From an uncultured Phycisphaerales bacterium (GTDB lineage Bacteria; Planctomycetota; Phycisphaerae; Tepidisphaerales; Tepidisphaeraceae), in NCBI GenBank assembly GCA_963755915.1, contig CAVWLP010000002.1, positions 4,096,001 to 4,160,000 of the forward strand: 64,000 nt of DNA. The letters are read 5' to 3'. The notes under the pieces are model-generated. The model searched no databases. It was not told the DNA's origin and saw only the letters and a list, made by a program, of their open reading frames with translations. Positions 63,589 through 64,000 of the stretch are shown in pieces (the first letter of the stretch is position 1; every line of letters begins with the position of its first letter). Made by a program: the position numbers and the translations under genes.

Positions 63589-64000
63589 TCAGTCGGTCCC
63601 ATCAGGGTAGTGGACGTAGGCACAAAGCATCTTCGCCGTGACTTGGCCGATCGCGTAAGGCGTGACATGGCCATCCATGAACAGGATATTGCATGTAGTG
63701 TTATTCAAATGTCTGAACCGCATTTCGCATTGATACTGTCCGCCACCATCCGACGTGCCCCAGGTGGGGTTAGTGAAATCGACGTTGTCGTATTTTTCTC
63801 CCGCGAGTGTTGCTCCGTTTGGAATCAAACTGCTGGTAATGGAGCCATCGGTCGGATTCCCTCCACCAAGCAGGATGCGTCGTCCGTAGCCAGTGTAGAG
63901 GTGGAACCAGGGCGTAGGATATGAAAAACCTGACGAGGTGCTCTGAGGATAGTCGTTTGTCCAATCTTCCATTGATAAATTCAGCGGATAGAGGTTGGCG
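63589..64000 (-). CDS. DUF1559/H-X9-DG protein, C-terminal part (runs off the window)
   Basis: RFRHLNNTTCNILFMDGHV motif near the C-terminus. Confidence 0.8.
   Translation of the reverse strand, partial: ANLYPLNLSMEDWTNDYPQSTSSGFSYPTPWFHLYTGYGRRILLGGGNPTDGSITSSLIPNGATLAGEKYDNVDFTNPTWGTSDGGGQYQCEMRFRHLNNTTCNILFMDGHVTPYAIGQVTAKMLCAYVHYPDGTD

Overview
High-GC bacterial DNA, most likely Planctomycetota (Phycisphaerae/Tepidisphaerales-like). This is inferred from the DUF1559/H-X9-DG pilin-like genes, three PEP-CTERM proteins and the TTQP-type motifs. 0-17 kb is a carbohydrate region: GH78 rhamnosidase, two PL1 pectate lyases, DUF3826, GH28, a PEP-CTERM surface protein, MFS transporter, glucan phosphorylase and GH62. 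18-34 kb holds transport and signalling genes: APC permease, PAS-GGDEF-EAL, CHASE2-PP2C, a beta-barrel/lipoprotein/FecR cluster and a TPR-GT41 protein. 34-53 kb is mostly housekeeping (lpdA, S41 protease, tsaD, nnrD, coaB, dut, ftsK, aroB, dprA), interrupted by an intact IS4 element and a 400-bp ORF-less element. 53-64 kb holds a DUF1559 gene, a giant PstS-like PEP-CTERM protein, GH74, a flavin-dependent halogenase and a second partial DUF1559 gene. About 15 small frameshifts, mostly in homopolymers or GC repeats and including tsaD and ftsK, look like long-read errors rather than pseudogenes. The most unusual signals concern repeats. A palindromic repeat family sits in-frame inside proteins and is split at its loop by a MITE with a structured interior. 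Three single genes are each bracketed by their own direct repeat. All family calls come from motif recognition by eye; no searches were run.
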